From a virus (taxonomy: Duplodnaviria > Heunggongvirae > Uroviricota > Caudoviricetes), in IMG/VR virus record IMGVR_UViG_3300037245_002365: DNA of 64,000 nt; one strand, written 5' to 3'. A program made the translations under genes and the position numbers. The notes under the pieces are model-generated. The model was given only the letters and a program-made list of their open reading frames with translations. It made no database searches and was not told where the DNA came from. Below, piece after piece: positions 29,845 to 39,204 of this stretch (position 1 is the first letter of the stretch; the number at the start of each line of letters is the position of its first letter).

Positions 29845-30037
29845 TGAAAAAGATATTCAAGAGGATATGCCAGAACTACGTATATGTAGTAAATGCAAAT
29901 CATTAGTTAATAAACTGTATGGTTTGATGGTCCCGCACTTGTGTAAACAGTGCTATGACAAAATGGTGCAATATCAAGAACAAGTTGATTATAGATGCAG
30001 CTTATGTAAACAAATTTATGCAAAATGTTGCTGTTAA
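29831..30037 (+). CDS. Cys-rich small protein
   Basis: CSKCK...CKQCYDK...CSLCK. Confidence 0.45.
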   Translation: MQNHDEKDIQEDMPELRICSKCKSLVNKLYGLMVPHLCKQCYDKMVQYQEQVDYRCSLCKQIYAKCCC

Positions 30038-30065
30038 TATAGAAGAAGTATTAGAGGATAAAAAA

Positions 30066-30863
30066 ATGAGTGATAAAACGTCTCTCGGAGACAGAATGAA
30101 AATATATGAGAAACTTAACGCTACAGCGTTGATGCCTCATTTACCAGTAATAGCAAGGATTGATGGCCGGGCATTCCATACATTTTGTAGGGGCTTTGAT
30201 AAGCCTTTCGATATGAGAATGGTAGCAGCCATGCAATCAACAACGGAATTTATATTTAATGAATTCAATCCTATGTTTGCACATACATTCAGTGATGAAA
30301 TAAACCTAATGTGGTATTATCCAGAACCTGAACAACAAATGGTGTTTGGTGGAAAAATACAAAAACTTTGCTCAGTGCTAGCTTCAGCAGCTACACTTAG
30401 GTTCAATGAAGCAAAACTGGAACTCTTTGAGGGTAATCCAATTGCTGAAAGAAAAGCAATGTTTGATTGTAGAGTATGGAATGTACCTACAACAGATGAA
30501 GTAGCTAACTACTTTGTATGGCGTGAACAAGATGCAGCTCGTAATAGTTTACAGATGCTTTCAAGAGCACATTATTCACACCATGAGTTGGAAGGCAAGA
30601 AACAGGCTGACATGCACGAGATGTTATATAAGAAAGCCATTAATTGGAATGAACAGCCGATGATATTAAAAGCCGGTAGTTATTACAGACCGAACCCAAC
30701 AACTCCTGCGGAACTTGTAAAATCTCGATATCCAATGCTTGATGGAAGCTTACTGAACCTGCCATATAGTACGGATGGTAAAACTCCACATGAGCAACGA
30801 CTAAGATTCATATTTAGACCAGAAGAAAGGGAATACGATGGCACAGAAAAGAAAGCTGAGTGA
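30066..30863 (+). CDS. Thg1-like protein (tRNA-His guanylyltransferase family, 3'-5' nucleotide addition)
   Basis: VIARIDGRAFHTFCRGFDKPFDMRMVAAMQ...FAHTFSDEINLMWYY matches the Thg1 core VVVRLDGRNFHRF...YGQSDEYSFVF. Start placed at the ATG after a GAGGA RBS. The ORF track shows an upstream extension. Confidence 0.6.
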   Translation: MSDKTSLGDRMKIYEKLNATALMPHLPVIARIDGRAFHTFCRGFDKPFDMRMVAAMQSTTEFIFNEFNPMFAHTFSDEINLMWYYPEPEQQMVFGGKIQKLCSVLASAATLRFNEAKLELFEGNPIAERKAMFDCRVWNVPTTDEVANYFVWREQDAARNSLQMLSRAHYSHHELEGKKQADMHEMLYKKAINWNEQPMILKAGSYYRPNPTTPAELVKSRYPMLDGSLLNLPYSTDGKTPHEQRLRFIFRPEEREYDGTEKKAE

Positions 30864-31041
30864 TGAAGAATATATTGCAGACGATGGGGTATCTTGTCCT
30901 TACTGCGGTAAACCGGGCACACAAAATGATGGATCCTTTGAAATGGATGGGCCAACCGTGTGGCAAAACAACAGTTGTAATCTTTGTGGGGCAGAGTGGG
31001 AAGATTGGTATCAATTGGTCTTCATACAACCAAGGTCTTAG
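30838..31041 (+). CDS. Zinc-ribbon small protein
   Basis: CPYCGKPG...CNLCGAEW. Confidence 0.45.
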   Translation: MAQKRKLSDEEYIADDGVSCPYCGKPGTQNDGSFEMDGPTVWQNNSCNLCGAEWEDWYQLVFIQPRS

Positions 31042-31063
31042 ATAAACTTTATAAGTAGATCTT

Positions 31064-31073
31064 GGTATAAGAA
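31064..31073 (+). promoter_or_regulatory. GGTATAAGAA promoter-like motif
   Basis: Exact motif 35 nt upstream of the 31108 ORF. Confidence 0.45.
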
Positions 31074-31107
31074 CAATAGTAAATTTAAATTACAAGGTAA
31101 AAAGAAA

Positions 31108-31389
31108 ATGAATATTTTTCCGTGGATACTATTAATTATTCTTAGTGTCCTAATAATCAAATTTGGAAAAAGGGCTTTAAATTGGTTAGGCGACTTCATC
31201 GATAATACTAATGCTCCTTCGTCAGAAATGACGGATAGAGTTAAAGTAGCAAAGGGTGAAGTATCTGATCTCAAGGTTGAAAAGAAAACTCTTTCAACTG
31301 AAGTAAGTTCGGCAGGAAAGGCTAGTGATCTAAAGGCGGACATTGGCAAACTCAAAGGTAAACTAAAAACAAAGGAAGATAATGATTAA
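31108..31389 (+). CDS. Single-pass membrane coiled-coil protein, partner of the SPFH protein
   Basis: N-terminal TM helix, then a charged coiled coil. Its stop overlaps the next start. Confidence 0.55.
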   Translation: MNIFPWILLIILSVLIIKFGKRALNWLGDFIDNTNAPSSEMTDRVKVAKGEVSDLKVEKKTLSTEVSSAGKASDLKADIGKLKGKLKTKEDND

Positions 31390-32638
31390 AACATTATTGA
31401 CTAGATTCGCACCAGCATTGCTCCTAGTAGCAATTGTTGTTCTGGCTGTGTTCAGCCAACAGATTCTTGAAACAAACTCACGCGGCCAGTATCAAATTAA
31501 GCAGGCGGCTGTCACCGGTGACATGAGCGCACGCTTAGAACCCGGTATGTACGGCCAATGGTTTGGTGATATTGACACTTGGAACAAAGCGGAGACGTTT
31601 TATTTCACAGCTGACTTTGACGGCGAAGGTGATACTAAAGCAGATAAATCAATTGAAGTACGCTTCAATGATGGTTCTATCGCTAAAATATCCGGCACAG
31701 CTCGAATCACATTACCATACACTGAAGCTGAAGCAGTCGCTTTGGTTGCTGATCATGGTTATAAAAGTTACAAGGAACTAGCACAGAAATTGGTTCTTCC
31801 TTCGGTTCGAAATGCATTACGATCCAGCGCTAACTTGATGTCAGTACGTGAAAGTTATTCTGAAAACAGACTTGATTTTATTAACTGGTCCCGAGATCAG
31901 CTGCAAAACGGTTTGTATAATACAGAAGAGATTACGAAGAAAGTTACTGATATATTAAGTGGTGAACAGGTTACCAGGACATTCAAAACGATACAGAAAG
32001 ATGCCAGCGGTACTCCAGTTTATCAGTTCAATCCTTTTGATGGTAAGGGAATAACAATTTCAAACTTTGAAATTAAGTCATTCAATTACTCTCCGAAGGT
32101 ACGTGAGCAGATTGCGGCTCAACAAGCAGCTTTGATGGCTGTTCAGACCGCACGAGCATTAGCGAAAGAAGCTGAGCAAAAAGCACTTACTACAGAGGCT
32201 GAGGGAAAAGCTGAGGTTATGCGCGTTAAATATGAAAACGAGCAAAACAAAATCGCGGCTATCATCAAAGGCGAACAAAGGCGTGATGTTGCTGAGTTAG
32301 CAAAAGCTGAAGCCGGGTTCACCAAGGAAGCTCAAATCCTAATCGCAGACGGTGAGGCTTATCGTAAGAGAGAAGTCATGGCCGCCGATGGTGCATTGGA
32401 TAAAAAGCTAGCAGCATTAGTTACAATTAATGGAGCTTTTGCCAAGGCTGTTGAAAATCATGTTGGTGCTTGGGTACCATCCATCGTATTTGGTGGGGGT
32501 GGATCAGGAGGATCGTCTGATTTGACTAATGGTATGAACGGCGTTCAAAACATGGTTGATTTGTTGACTCTTGCAGCAGCAAAAAACCTGTCTCTTGATA
32601 TGACGCTACCAACAACGTCGAAAACGGCTGTTCAATAG
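31382..32638 (+). CDS. SPFH/band-7 (stomatin/prohibitin/HflKC-like) membrane protein
   Basis: N-terminal TM helix, then an SPFH-like domain. Ala/Glu/Lys-rich coiled coil (EAEQKALTTEAEGKAEV...AKAEAGF) and a Gly-rich C-terminus. Confidence 0.55.
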   Translation: MIKTLLTRFAPALLLVAIVVLAVFSQQILETNSRGQYQIKQAAVTGDMSARLEPGMYGQWFGDIDTWNKAETFYFTADFDGEGDTKADKSIEVRFNDGSIAKISGTARITLPYTEAEAVALVADHGYKSYKELAQKLVLPSVRNALRSSANLMSVRESYSENRLDFINWSRDQLQNGLYNTEEITKKVTDILSGEQVTRTFKTIQKDASGTPVYQFNPFDGKGITISNFEIKSFNYSPKVREQIAAQQAALMAVQTARALAKEAEQKALTTEAEGKAEVMRVKYENEQNKIAAIIKGEQRRDVAELAKAEAGFTKEAQILIADGEAYRKREVMAADGALDKKLAALVTINGAFAKAVENHVGAWVPSIVFGGGGSGGSSDLTNGMNGVQNMVDLLTLAAAKNLSLDMTLPTTSKTAVQ

Positions 32639-32870
32639 CCAGTTGACAAACGAGGATATATTCCTCACGAATGAATTGCGATGCCGGGCCCATTCGGGTC
32701 CGGCATTGTCATATGAGGAACTTTTTTTATTATGTTAATGGCAATTAAACTGTTAGGTGTTTTCATACTCATGTGTATGTCAATAACAGCAGCAGTATAC
32801 TTTACATGGAAATACGAGCATGTCATATTTGATGATGTGCTACCACCCTTAGACCCACAGGAGAATAACG

Positions 32871-33182
32871 ATGAAACAGACAAAGATATTTGAGTTAGTA
32901 AATACCACAACAGATAAAGTACTAACCACAGAAACTTTCTGTGAAAATAAATCATTGGATGACTTAAATGATTTTTACAAATCAAGTTGTACAGACATTC
33001 GTTGGAGACTGGCTGAGAATCAACTAATGGCTCCAATGGAATTTGAAAATAGAATGATAGCTGCGACTAGAACAACTAATCCACAATCCAATGGTGATTA
33101 TCTAATGATGGAACTTTTAAGATCATTAGGTTATGGCGATGGTGTAAGTGTTTTCTTGAATATAGAAAGGAATTATGAGTGA
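32871..33182 (+). CDS. Hypothetical protein
   Basis: 103-aa ORF. Confidence 0.5.
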   Translation: MKQTKIFELVNTTTDKVLTTETFCENKSLDDLNDFYKSSCTDIRWRLAENQLMAPMEFENRMIAATRTTNPQSNGDYLMMELLRSLGYGDGVSVFLNIERNYE

Positions 33183-33397
33183 TGGCAACCTATTCAGCAG
33201 AACCTTGGACAATTAGAAGACATGGAGGAGATGGAAGATTTAAAAATGCACTCACTAGCGTTATGGATAGCGATGGTATTGAAGTGTGTGATACTTTAAG
33301 TCTTGCCCTGCCTATTGAAACGTGTGAAGCTAACGCAAAAATAATAATAGCAAAAAGAATAGTAATTATGAACGCAATTAAAGAGGATATGAAATGA
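33179..33397 (+). CDS. Hypothetical protein
   Basis: 72-aa ORF. Confidence 0.45.
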   Translation: MMATYSAEPWTIRRHGGDGRFKNALTSVMDSDGIEVCDTLSLALPIETCEANAKIIIAKRIVIMNAIKEDMK

Positions 33398-33398
33398 A

Positions 33399-33683
33399 AT
33401 GGCAACTGATGAAAAAATTGAAGAAAAAGAATTAACGATAGACGAGAAAATAGAAAAGTTCTACATCGAGTCTATAGAAGCGATTGAAAAATATAGAGGA
33501 AAGTCGTGGTATGCATATTACCTACGTAAAAGCATACTAGGTAAATATGGCGAACACGAAAATTTAGTTGATTGGGCATCTCTATTAGAAAACCCTGCAA
33601 GATCAAAAGCACTTAGTACTCTTAGAAACCTTAAGATAGAATTAGGTGATGTTATCACTGAAGTAACGGGATATAGGGACTAA
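33399..33683 (+). CDS. Hypothetical protein
   Basis: 94-aa ORF. Confidence 0.5.
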   Translation: MATDEKIEEKELTIDEKIEKFYIESIEAIEKYRGKSWYAYYLRKSILGKYGEHENLVDWASLLENPARSKALSTLRNLKIELGDVITEVTGYRD

Positions 33684-33687
33684 TAAT

Positions 33688-33927
33688 ATGACTACAGCAG
33701 CAGAAGCACCAAATTTTACTTTAGAGGTAATTGAAACAGAACAGAACTGTCCATCATGCGAACAACCTTTGACTATCACAAAGATTAGAGATGCTATCTG
33801 CAATAGAAAAAAATGTCATGTAAGACTCTATGATATGAATGGTACATGGGTCATGCGTAAGGTGTGGTTCGATGAATATATCATGCCTATGATGGAAGAG
33901 ACTCTACCAGAGAATGCGGGAGCATAA
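33688..33927 (+). CDS. Zinc-ribbon small protein
   Basis: CPSCEQ...CNRKKCH. Confidence 0.45.
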   Translation: MTTAAEAPNFTLEVIETEQNCPSCEQPLTITKIRDAICNRKKCHVRLYDMNGTWVMRKVWFDEYIMPMMEETLPENAGA

Positions 33928-33929
33928 AA

Positions 33930-34397
33930 ATGTTAAATGAATCAAACGTAATAAATAGCTTTAGAGGTAAATATTTCTTTCTAAGTAACTTTTACGTTGT
34001 GTCACTTACCATGGATGATGGCAAAGAATATGCAACATCCGAGCACGCTTATCAAGCGGCAAAAATGGAAAGTAAAAAAGACGCAGAGAAAGTTAGGTTA
34101 GCTGCTAGTCCGAGTGTAGCTAAAAAATTAGGAAATGAATTAACAGCCAAAGAAGGTTGGGATTTCATTAAAATCGATATGATGAAAGATATCGTCGAAG
34201 TAAAGTTTTTCCAAAATGTTGAGATATACAAGAAATTATTAGAAACAGGTAAGGCCCACTTAGTAGAGGGCAACACTTGGAAGGATGATTTCTGGGGCGT
34301 GTATCAAGGCGTTGGGGATAACCACCTCGGAAAAATTTTAATGGAAATAAGAGAAGAAGCAAGTGATTGGGATATAGCTATCCTAACAACTAAGTAA
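33930..34397 (+). CDS. NADAR (YbiA/DUF1768) domain protein
   Basis: FRGKYFFLSNFY ... SEHAYQAAK ... DFWG ... LGKILMEIR match NADAR signature motifs (F-x-FYS-x-FSNF, EHYFQA-K, WG). Confidence 0.6.
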   Translation: MLNESNVINSFRGKYFFLSNFYVVSLTMDDGKEYATSEHAYQAAKMESKKDAEKVRLAASPSVAKKLGNELTAKEGWDFIKIDMMKDIVEVKFFQNVEIYKKLLETGKAHLVEGNTWKDDFWGVYQGVGDNHLGKILMEIREEASDWDIAILTTK

Positions 34398-34405
34398 GGA
34401 AAAAA

Positions 34406-34726
34406 ATGACAGCCGCAGTAGCCTCAATAGTAAAAATTGCTTATTTTATAACATACTTAGATGCTTTATATAGATCACCATTGTATACTTTTGGGCTAGG
34501 TTTAAAGGACAAAATTAAAAATGCGGAATCTCCAGTATTTATGACTTGGAGAAAAAAAGCAAAAATATTATATAATAATGGTGTATGTATAAAGTGCAGT
34601 GAAAATACAGATGAAACTATTTATTGGTCTTGGGTATCAGGGTCAGTTAGTATGAAAAGTAATCAAAAATATAAATGCAACTTATGTGAGAGCACCGTAA
34701 TGGTGCACTTTAAAGATGCTTTTTAG
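34406..34726 (+). CDS. Cys-rich hypothetical protein
   Basis: CIKCSEN...CNLCES. Confidence 0.5.
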   Translation: MTAAVASIVKIAYFITYLDALYRSPLYTFGLGLKDKIKNAESPVFMTWRKKAKILYNNGVCIKCSENTDETIYWSWVSGSVSMKSNQKYKCNLCESTVMVHFKDAF

Positions 34727-34885
34727 GGAAAACAATGAGTGAAGAAAAAGAATTTAATCTTTTAGTCAAAACAGATAAAGAGATCAAGTTTCGCAGTAAA
34801 GACTACAATTTTTACTTTAAGTTTGGAATACCAGTAGAAGATGTTCGACTCTACCACGGAGAGTACATGGACTAAGGATTGAATA

Positions 34886-35341
34886 ATGAAGAAAAGACTA
34901 GGATTTGTGAGCAACTCAAGTAGCTCAAGTTTTATTTTGGCATTCAAAGAGAAGCCAGAAACAATAGAGGACTTAAGATTACTCCTCTTCCCAGACAATG
35001 AATTAAATGAAACGTACCATGAGAGTGACTACTCGTGGTATCCGGAAGCCCAGAGATATCTTAGAATAACTATAGGTGAAGCATTATCATGCCTTCTACG
35101 TGATTTATTGGAAGAAAGGGGCACAAGAAATCTTAAAGCAGTAGAACAATTATTTAGCTGTGGATGGTCTGGTGATCATGATATGGACCAAGAAGCCAAA
35201 GAATTCCTAGAAAAGCACGCAGACTGTAAAATATACAGCGTCGGCTATTCTGATGAAGATGGGCGTTTTTATAGTGCTATGGAGCATGAAGGATTATTTA
35301 ATAATCTAGGATCACACGTATATACAATTAGTCAACACTAA
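34886..35341 (+). CDS. Hypothetical protein, paralog of 35352
   Basis: Shares the first 16 aa, [16 protein letters not shown], and about 50 nt of DNA with the next gene. Confidence 0.6.
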   Translation: MKKRLGFVSNSSSSSFILAFKEKPETIEDLRLLLFPDNELNETYHESDYSWYPEAQRYLRITIGEALSCLLRDLLEERGTRNLKAVEQLFSCGWSGDHDMDQEAKEFLEKHADCKIYSVGYSDEDGRFYSAMEHEGLFNNLGSHVYTISQH

Positions 35342-35351
35342 GGAGAATAAA

Positions 35352-35630
35352 ATGAAGAAAAGATTAGGATTTGTGAGTAACTCAAGTAGCTCAAGCTTTG
35401 TTATTCCCCTAGAGGATATAAATGCAAAGCAGCTACGGCAAATACAGCATCATGATGGCCTTGCCAATAAAGGTAAGGGTAAAAATGACCCCAGTGATGC
35501 TTGGAGTATAGAAATAGATGATGAAGATGAAGTCGTTCGCGGCTCAGTCTTTATGGATAATTTTGATATGTATAACTATCTGAAGAAGAGAGTTAAAGTT
35601 GACATGGACTTAATAGAGTGGGGCGAATAA
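35352..35630 (+). CDS. Hypothetical protein, paralog of 34886
   Basis: Same N-terminus. Confidence 0.6.
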   Translation: MKKRLGFVSNSSSSSFVIPLEDINAKQLRQIQHHDGLANKGKGKNDPSDAWSIEIDDEDEVVRGSVFMDNFDMYNYLKKRVKVDMDLIEWGE

Positions 35631-35631
35631 A

Positions 35632-35997
35632 ATGATAACATATGGAATAATAACAGCAATCGTGCTTATGCACTTCTTTGCTGATTTCTTTTTTCAAAAC
35701 AATAAGATGGCGACAAACAAAAGTTCAAGTAATTTTTGGTTAGGCGTGCATACAAGTGTGTATGCACTAATCTTCTTTATTGGTAGTTTATTCTTCCTGC
35801 CTATTTCCGCAGCATTCGCAGCGATATATGCAGTGATCAATGGAGTCTTTCACTTTATGGTGGATTATATGTCTTCACGGATAACCTCGCGTTTATACAA
35901 AGCAAAAGAAATGCACTGGTTTTTCACAGTAATAGGAGCCGATCAAGCAATACATATGTTAGTCCTATTTGGCTCGTACATATTATTAATGGGATAA
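35632..35997 (+). CDS. Membrane protein (DUF3307-like, HFxADF motif)
   Basis: Three TM helices. [10 protein letters not shown] motif. Confidence 0.5.
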   Translation: MITYGIITAIVLMHFFADFFFQNNKMATNKSSSNFWLGVHTSVYALIFFIGSLFFLPISAAFAAIYAVINGVFHFMVDYMSSRITSRLYKAKEMHWFFTVIGADQAIHMLVLFGSYILLMG

Positions 35998-36000
35998 ATT

Positions 36001-36504
36001 ATGAAGGAAAATAAAGATAGAAACGCATTTCCAGGATCAACCACTGAAATATACTGGAAAGGTATGACTAAAAGAGAATACATGGCGACTAAAGCGCCAC
36101 CAAGACCTCATTGGTTCCAACCAGAAGAGTTAGGAAGTAAACCGGAAAAGCCGGAAGCTTCATTTGAGTATAACAAAAAGATGTACCATAGAAATCACTT
36201 CGATCATGTTGGTGTGCTAACAGAAATGAATACAGGCCAATTAAAAGATGCCCATGTAGATAGTGATGGAAATTGGTGGACCTTTTCTGAGAAAACTAAA
36301 GATGATAAAGAACAAAAATCGATTACTCCACACTCGCATCTTTGGGACGACATAATGTTTGATGAAAAGAAATGTGCAGAGTATAATAATGACTTACGTA
36401 TATGGAATGAAAGAAACCATTTACACGGAGATATCCAATGGGCATACTATTGGGCTGACGCAATGTTAGGAGAATCTCTAGTTGTAGAAAACCAGGAAGA
36501 ATAA
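36001..36504 (+). CDS. Hypothetical protein
   Basis: 167-aa ORF. Confidence 0.55.
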   Translation: MKENKDRNAFPGSTTEIYWKGMTKREYMATKAPPRPHWFQPEELGSKPEKPEASFEYNKKMYHRNHFDHVGVLTEMNTGQLKDAHVDSDGNWWTFSEKTKDDKEQKSITPHSHLWDDIMFDEKKCAEYNNDLRIWNERNHLHGDIQWAYYWADAMLGESLVVENQEE

Positions 36505-36941
36505 TGATTACTAATAAAGAAAGCACAACACACGGTGCTGGATATCCAATACATTTTTGTAATGCATGTCAGCAGTATGTCAATGAAGAAGGTAAATGCA
36601 GATGCACAACCGTAGGAAAACCCTATAATCCAAACATGACACTACCACCGGATATTTCTCTCCCTTCTATAGCTGATGAATACTTACCAGCTATGGTAGA
36701 AATAAACAATGAAGATACAATTAATATTTGTGATAAAGTTAATATTATATTAGCTTTACCAACAAAAGAGACCAAAGCTGTAATGGTTACTGGTACAGTA
36801 CTTGATATGCCGAGTAGTCCAGGTGGCTGTTGGCACATCAGATCAGAAAATGGTAAACTTGTTTACGTAGATACCTTCTTTTCAATGACTTTACTAGAGA
36901 AATTTGTGTCGGAGACTTGCGATGAAGTGGATACCGATTGA
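36504..36941 (+). CDS. Hypothetical protein
   Basis: 145-aa ORF. Confidence 0.55.
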   Translation: MITNKESTTHGAGYPIHFCNACQQYVNEEGKCRCTTVGKPYNPNMTLPPDISLPSIADEYLPAMVEINNEDTINICDKVNIILALPTKETKAVMVTGTVLDMPSSPGGCWHIRSENGKLVYVDTFFSMTLLEKFVSETCDEVDTD

Positions 36942-37392
36942 ACAGGAAAAACCTAAAGAAGGTGAAGTAGTACTATTACAATACAAAACTCCAACGAGCC
37001 TTGGATGTATGGGTACTGGCATGGCTGTAGGACCATTTATAGATGACGAGTTTAACAACGTTATAGTATGGCAAAGAATAACTCCTTATCAGAAAGTTGA
37101 AGAACATATGAGTGATTTAAAATTCGAATGGAAAAAACGGTATCGCAAATTAGGCGATAAAGAGAAGATCACTATGGCCGTTATAGGTGATCCATTCTCT
37201 CAAAGATTAATGGAAGCAACGATACATAAAGAAACAAAAGATCTTTGGGTATGTGCTGTTTACGGGATGAAAGGTATTATGTTTATGAGTGGCGGTAAAA
37301 ACGAATATGAAGCAAAATTAGTTGCTGAAACTCATATAGTAAATGTACTTAACACCATGGTCAGAAACTATGAACACATTATAGGTAAATAA
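36922..37392 (+). CDS. Hypothetical protein
   Basis: ORF. Start moved to MKWIPIEQ. Confidence 0.5.
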   Translation: MKWIPIEQEKPKEGEVVLLQYKTPTSLGCMGTGMAVGPFIDDEFNNVIVWQRITPYQKVEEHMSDLKFEWKKRYRKLGDKEKITMAVIGDPFSQRLMEATIHKETKDLWVCAVYGMKGIMFMSGGKNEYEAKLVAETHIVNVLNTMVRNYEHIIGK

Positions 37393-37393
37393 A

Positions 37394-37741
37394 ATGGAAA
37401 TAAAACAAAATAAAATACTTCAAGAAATAGTTGAATTAGATGAAGAACAACAGGAAGAAGTAGTCAAAACTGGTTATGAATGTCCTGATTGTAAAGGAAT
37501 AGGTAAAGTATACTATATCCCAGAAGGTTCTGTAGGTTGGGGTAGTAGAGAATTCCCTTGCGGTAGGTGCGGTGGTTTAGGTAAAATTCTTACAAGAAGG
37601 ATTTTTGATAGAAGGCTCGCCCCACAAGTTGAATACCTAGACCCAAACGCTATAGTAGGACAAGTCTTATTGTTTGCAAAAGAGGGCATAGTACGTGTTG
37701 AAAGACGTAATCACGCACAAAGAAAGGTGGATGTAAACTAA
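37394..37741 (+). CDS. DnaJ-type zinc-finger small protein
   Basis: CPDCKGIGKV...CGRCGGLGKI. Confidence 0.5.
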   Translation: MEIKQNKILQEIVELDEEQQEEVVKTGYECPDCKGIGKVYYIPEGSVGWGSREFPCGRCGGLGKILTRRIFDRRLAPQVEYLDPNAIVGQVLLFAKEGIVRVERRNHAQRKVDVN

Positions 37742-38199
37742 TGCTTCTCATAGATCCAGCCTTTGCAGGCACGCTAACTTCAAAAATGATAAATTGCATA
37801 CATTGTAATTGCTATATATTTGAGGGTGACATAAATTATCACACCATAGAACCTCCTAGAAACCCCGAACACTTTCCTGTGGCCGAGAGACCACCTATAT
37901 GCGAAAGCTGTAAGGTAGGAATGGAACACCCAAACAGGGTGCTTCCAATGGTATTCAAAGTAGACGAACTTCCTGGATGGATTATCGCTTCAGACACTGC
38001 AGCGTTCTCTCCTAAACATCATCCTACTAGTCCAAATGTTATTTGGATTCGTAATGGTATTACTGGGTACAAGTATTTTACTACAATGCTTCATGAAGTA
38101 GGACATTGGGTAATAGATAAAACTGGTGGAGACATTCATGATAAGGATGTACGTCAAGAAAAGTATGATGCATTATGCGTCAAGTATCTAACCAAATAA
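37741..38199 (+). CDS. Putative zinc metallopeptidase (HExxH)
   Basis: MLHEVGHWV is a HEVGH zincin motif. No other support. Confidence 0.4.
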   Translation: MLLIDPAFAGTLTSKMINCIHCNCYIFEGDINYHTIEPPRNPEHFPVAERPPICESCKVGMEHPNRVLPMVFKVDELPGWIIASDTAAFSPKHHPTSPNVIWIRNGITGYKYFTTMLHEVGHWVIDKTGGDIHDKDVRQEKYDALCVKYLTK

Positions 38200-38200
38200 T

Positions 38201-38210
38201 GGTATAAGAA
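38201..38210 (+). promoter_or_regulatory. GGTATAAGAA promoter-like motif
   Basis: Exact motif upstream of the 38238 ORF. Confidence 0.45.
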
Positions 38211-38237
38211 GGTAAATAAACATTTACTGGAGAAAGC

Positions 38238-38447
38238 ATGAACATGTCTTTGGATGAGCGAGAGATAAAAGTATTGAAATTATTTTCAGTATTTAGCTCT
38301 ATTATCATAATAGCTTTTGTAGGAGCAATAGTCCTGATTAGGTTATTATGGGGAGACGCCTCTACTGTAGCAGAAGCATGGACCGGTGCCACATCATCAC
38401 TGCTCTTTGGATTTACATATGGAATAATAAGGAGCTTCAACAAATAA
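38238..38447 (+). CDS. Small membrane protein
   Basis: 69 aa, hydrophobic. Confidence 0.5.
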   Translation: MNMSLDEREIKVLKLFSVFSSIIIIAFVGAIVLIRLLWGDASTVAEAWTGATSSLLFGFTYGIIRSFNK

Positions 38448-38459
38448 CCATAATAAGGA

Positions 38460-38750
38460 ATGAATGAGTATTACATAGTGACCACTAATCATGATGGTCG
38501 CAAACAGTTTCTTGTTGATAGAAAGAAAATTAGATATAAACGATTTTGGTCACCACGTTTGAGTATTGCGCAGCCTTTTGATATAAGAGAGGAGGCAGAA
38601 GAACGTATGGCAAAATTGAAATATAATTCTCCTGAAATTGTCAATAAAAAAGAAGCTATAAAAATTGCTCAAGTTCTGAAAGCAGAATTAGGTGTTAAAT
38701 ATGAACAGTTTCAACCAGTTAAAACTCTGGCGCAACTCAGGCATAAATAA
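38460..38750 (+). CDS. Hypothetical protein
   Basis: 96-aa ORF. Confidence 0.5.
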   Translation: MNEYYIVTTNHDGRKQFLVDRKKIRYKRFWSPRLSIAQPFDIREEAEERMAKLKYNSPEIVNKKEAIKIAQVLKAELGVKYEQFQPVKTLAQLRHK

Positions 38751-38842
38751 CAGCAAAGAATTACTGGGCACTAGGTATACCACAACAGATCGTGGCTCAG
38801 TAACTACACAATAACAAAAAAAGAAAGTAAGGTTAACATTAC

Positions 38843-39202
38843 ATGGATAATTATGTAAAGGACTTCTGGGACTGGTTCGCGGGTTTACTAGGTCAAAGGA
38901 CCACCGAGAAAAAACTGGCGAAAGCGGGCAAGAAAGTTGATAAGGCATTGGGAGCCTTTGATAAGGTTGCTACTACCCTAGAAGGTGTTGCCACGGAATT
39001 CACCGCAGTTTCTGATGATCTCCAAACCGAGATTGCAGAGGCCGAAGAAGAGTTAAGACTCAAACGTGAATCCCTCAAGGACACCGACGCACGGGTTGCC
39101 GAAGCCAAGAATACTGCCTCCAGGGTACGTGAAGTATTTGGCCTCGTCAGCGCATCCGAAACCCCCGCCGAAGCTACCGACGATACCAACACATCTGACT
39201 AA
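38843..39202 (+). CDS. Coiled-coil hypothetical protein, GC-richer than its surroundings
   Basis: 119-aa ORF. Confidence 0.55.
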   Translation: MDNYVKDFWDWFAGLLGQRTTEKKLAKAGKKVDKALGAFDKVATTLEGVATEFTAVSDDLQTEIAEAEEELRLKRESLKDTDARVAEAKNTASRVREVFGLVSASETPAEATDDTNTSD

Positions 39203-39204
39203 AG

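Noticed and set aside
32665-33036. Minus-strand 123-aa ORF
   Set aside because: It overlaps the plus-strand ORF 32871..33182 and the hairpin after the SPFH gene. Its strand is inconsistent with the local operon.
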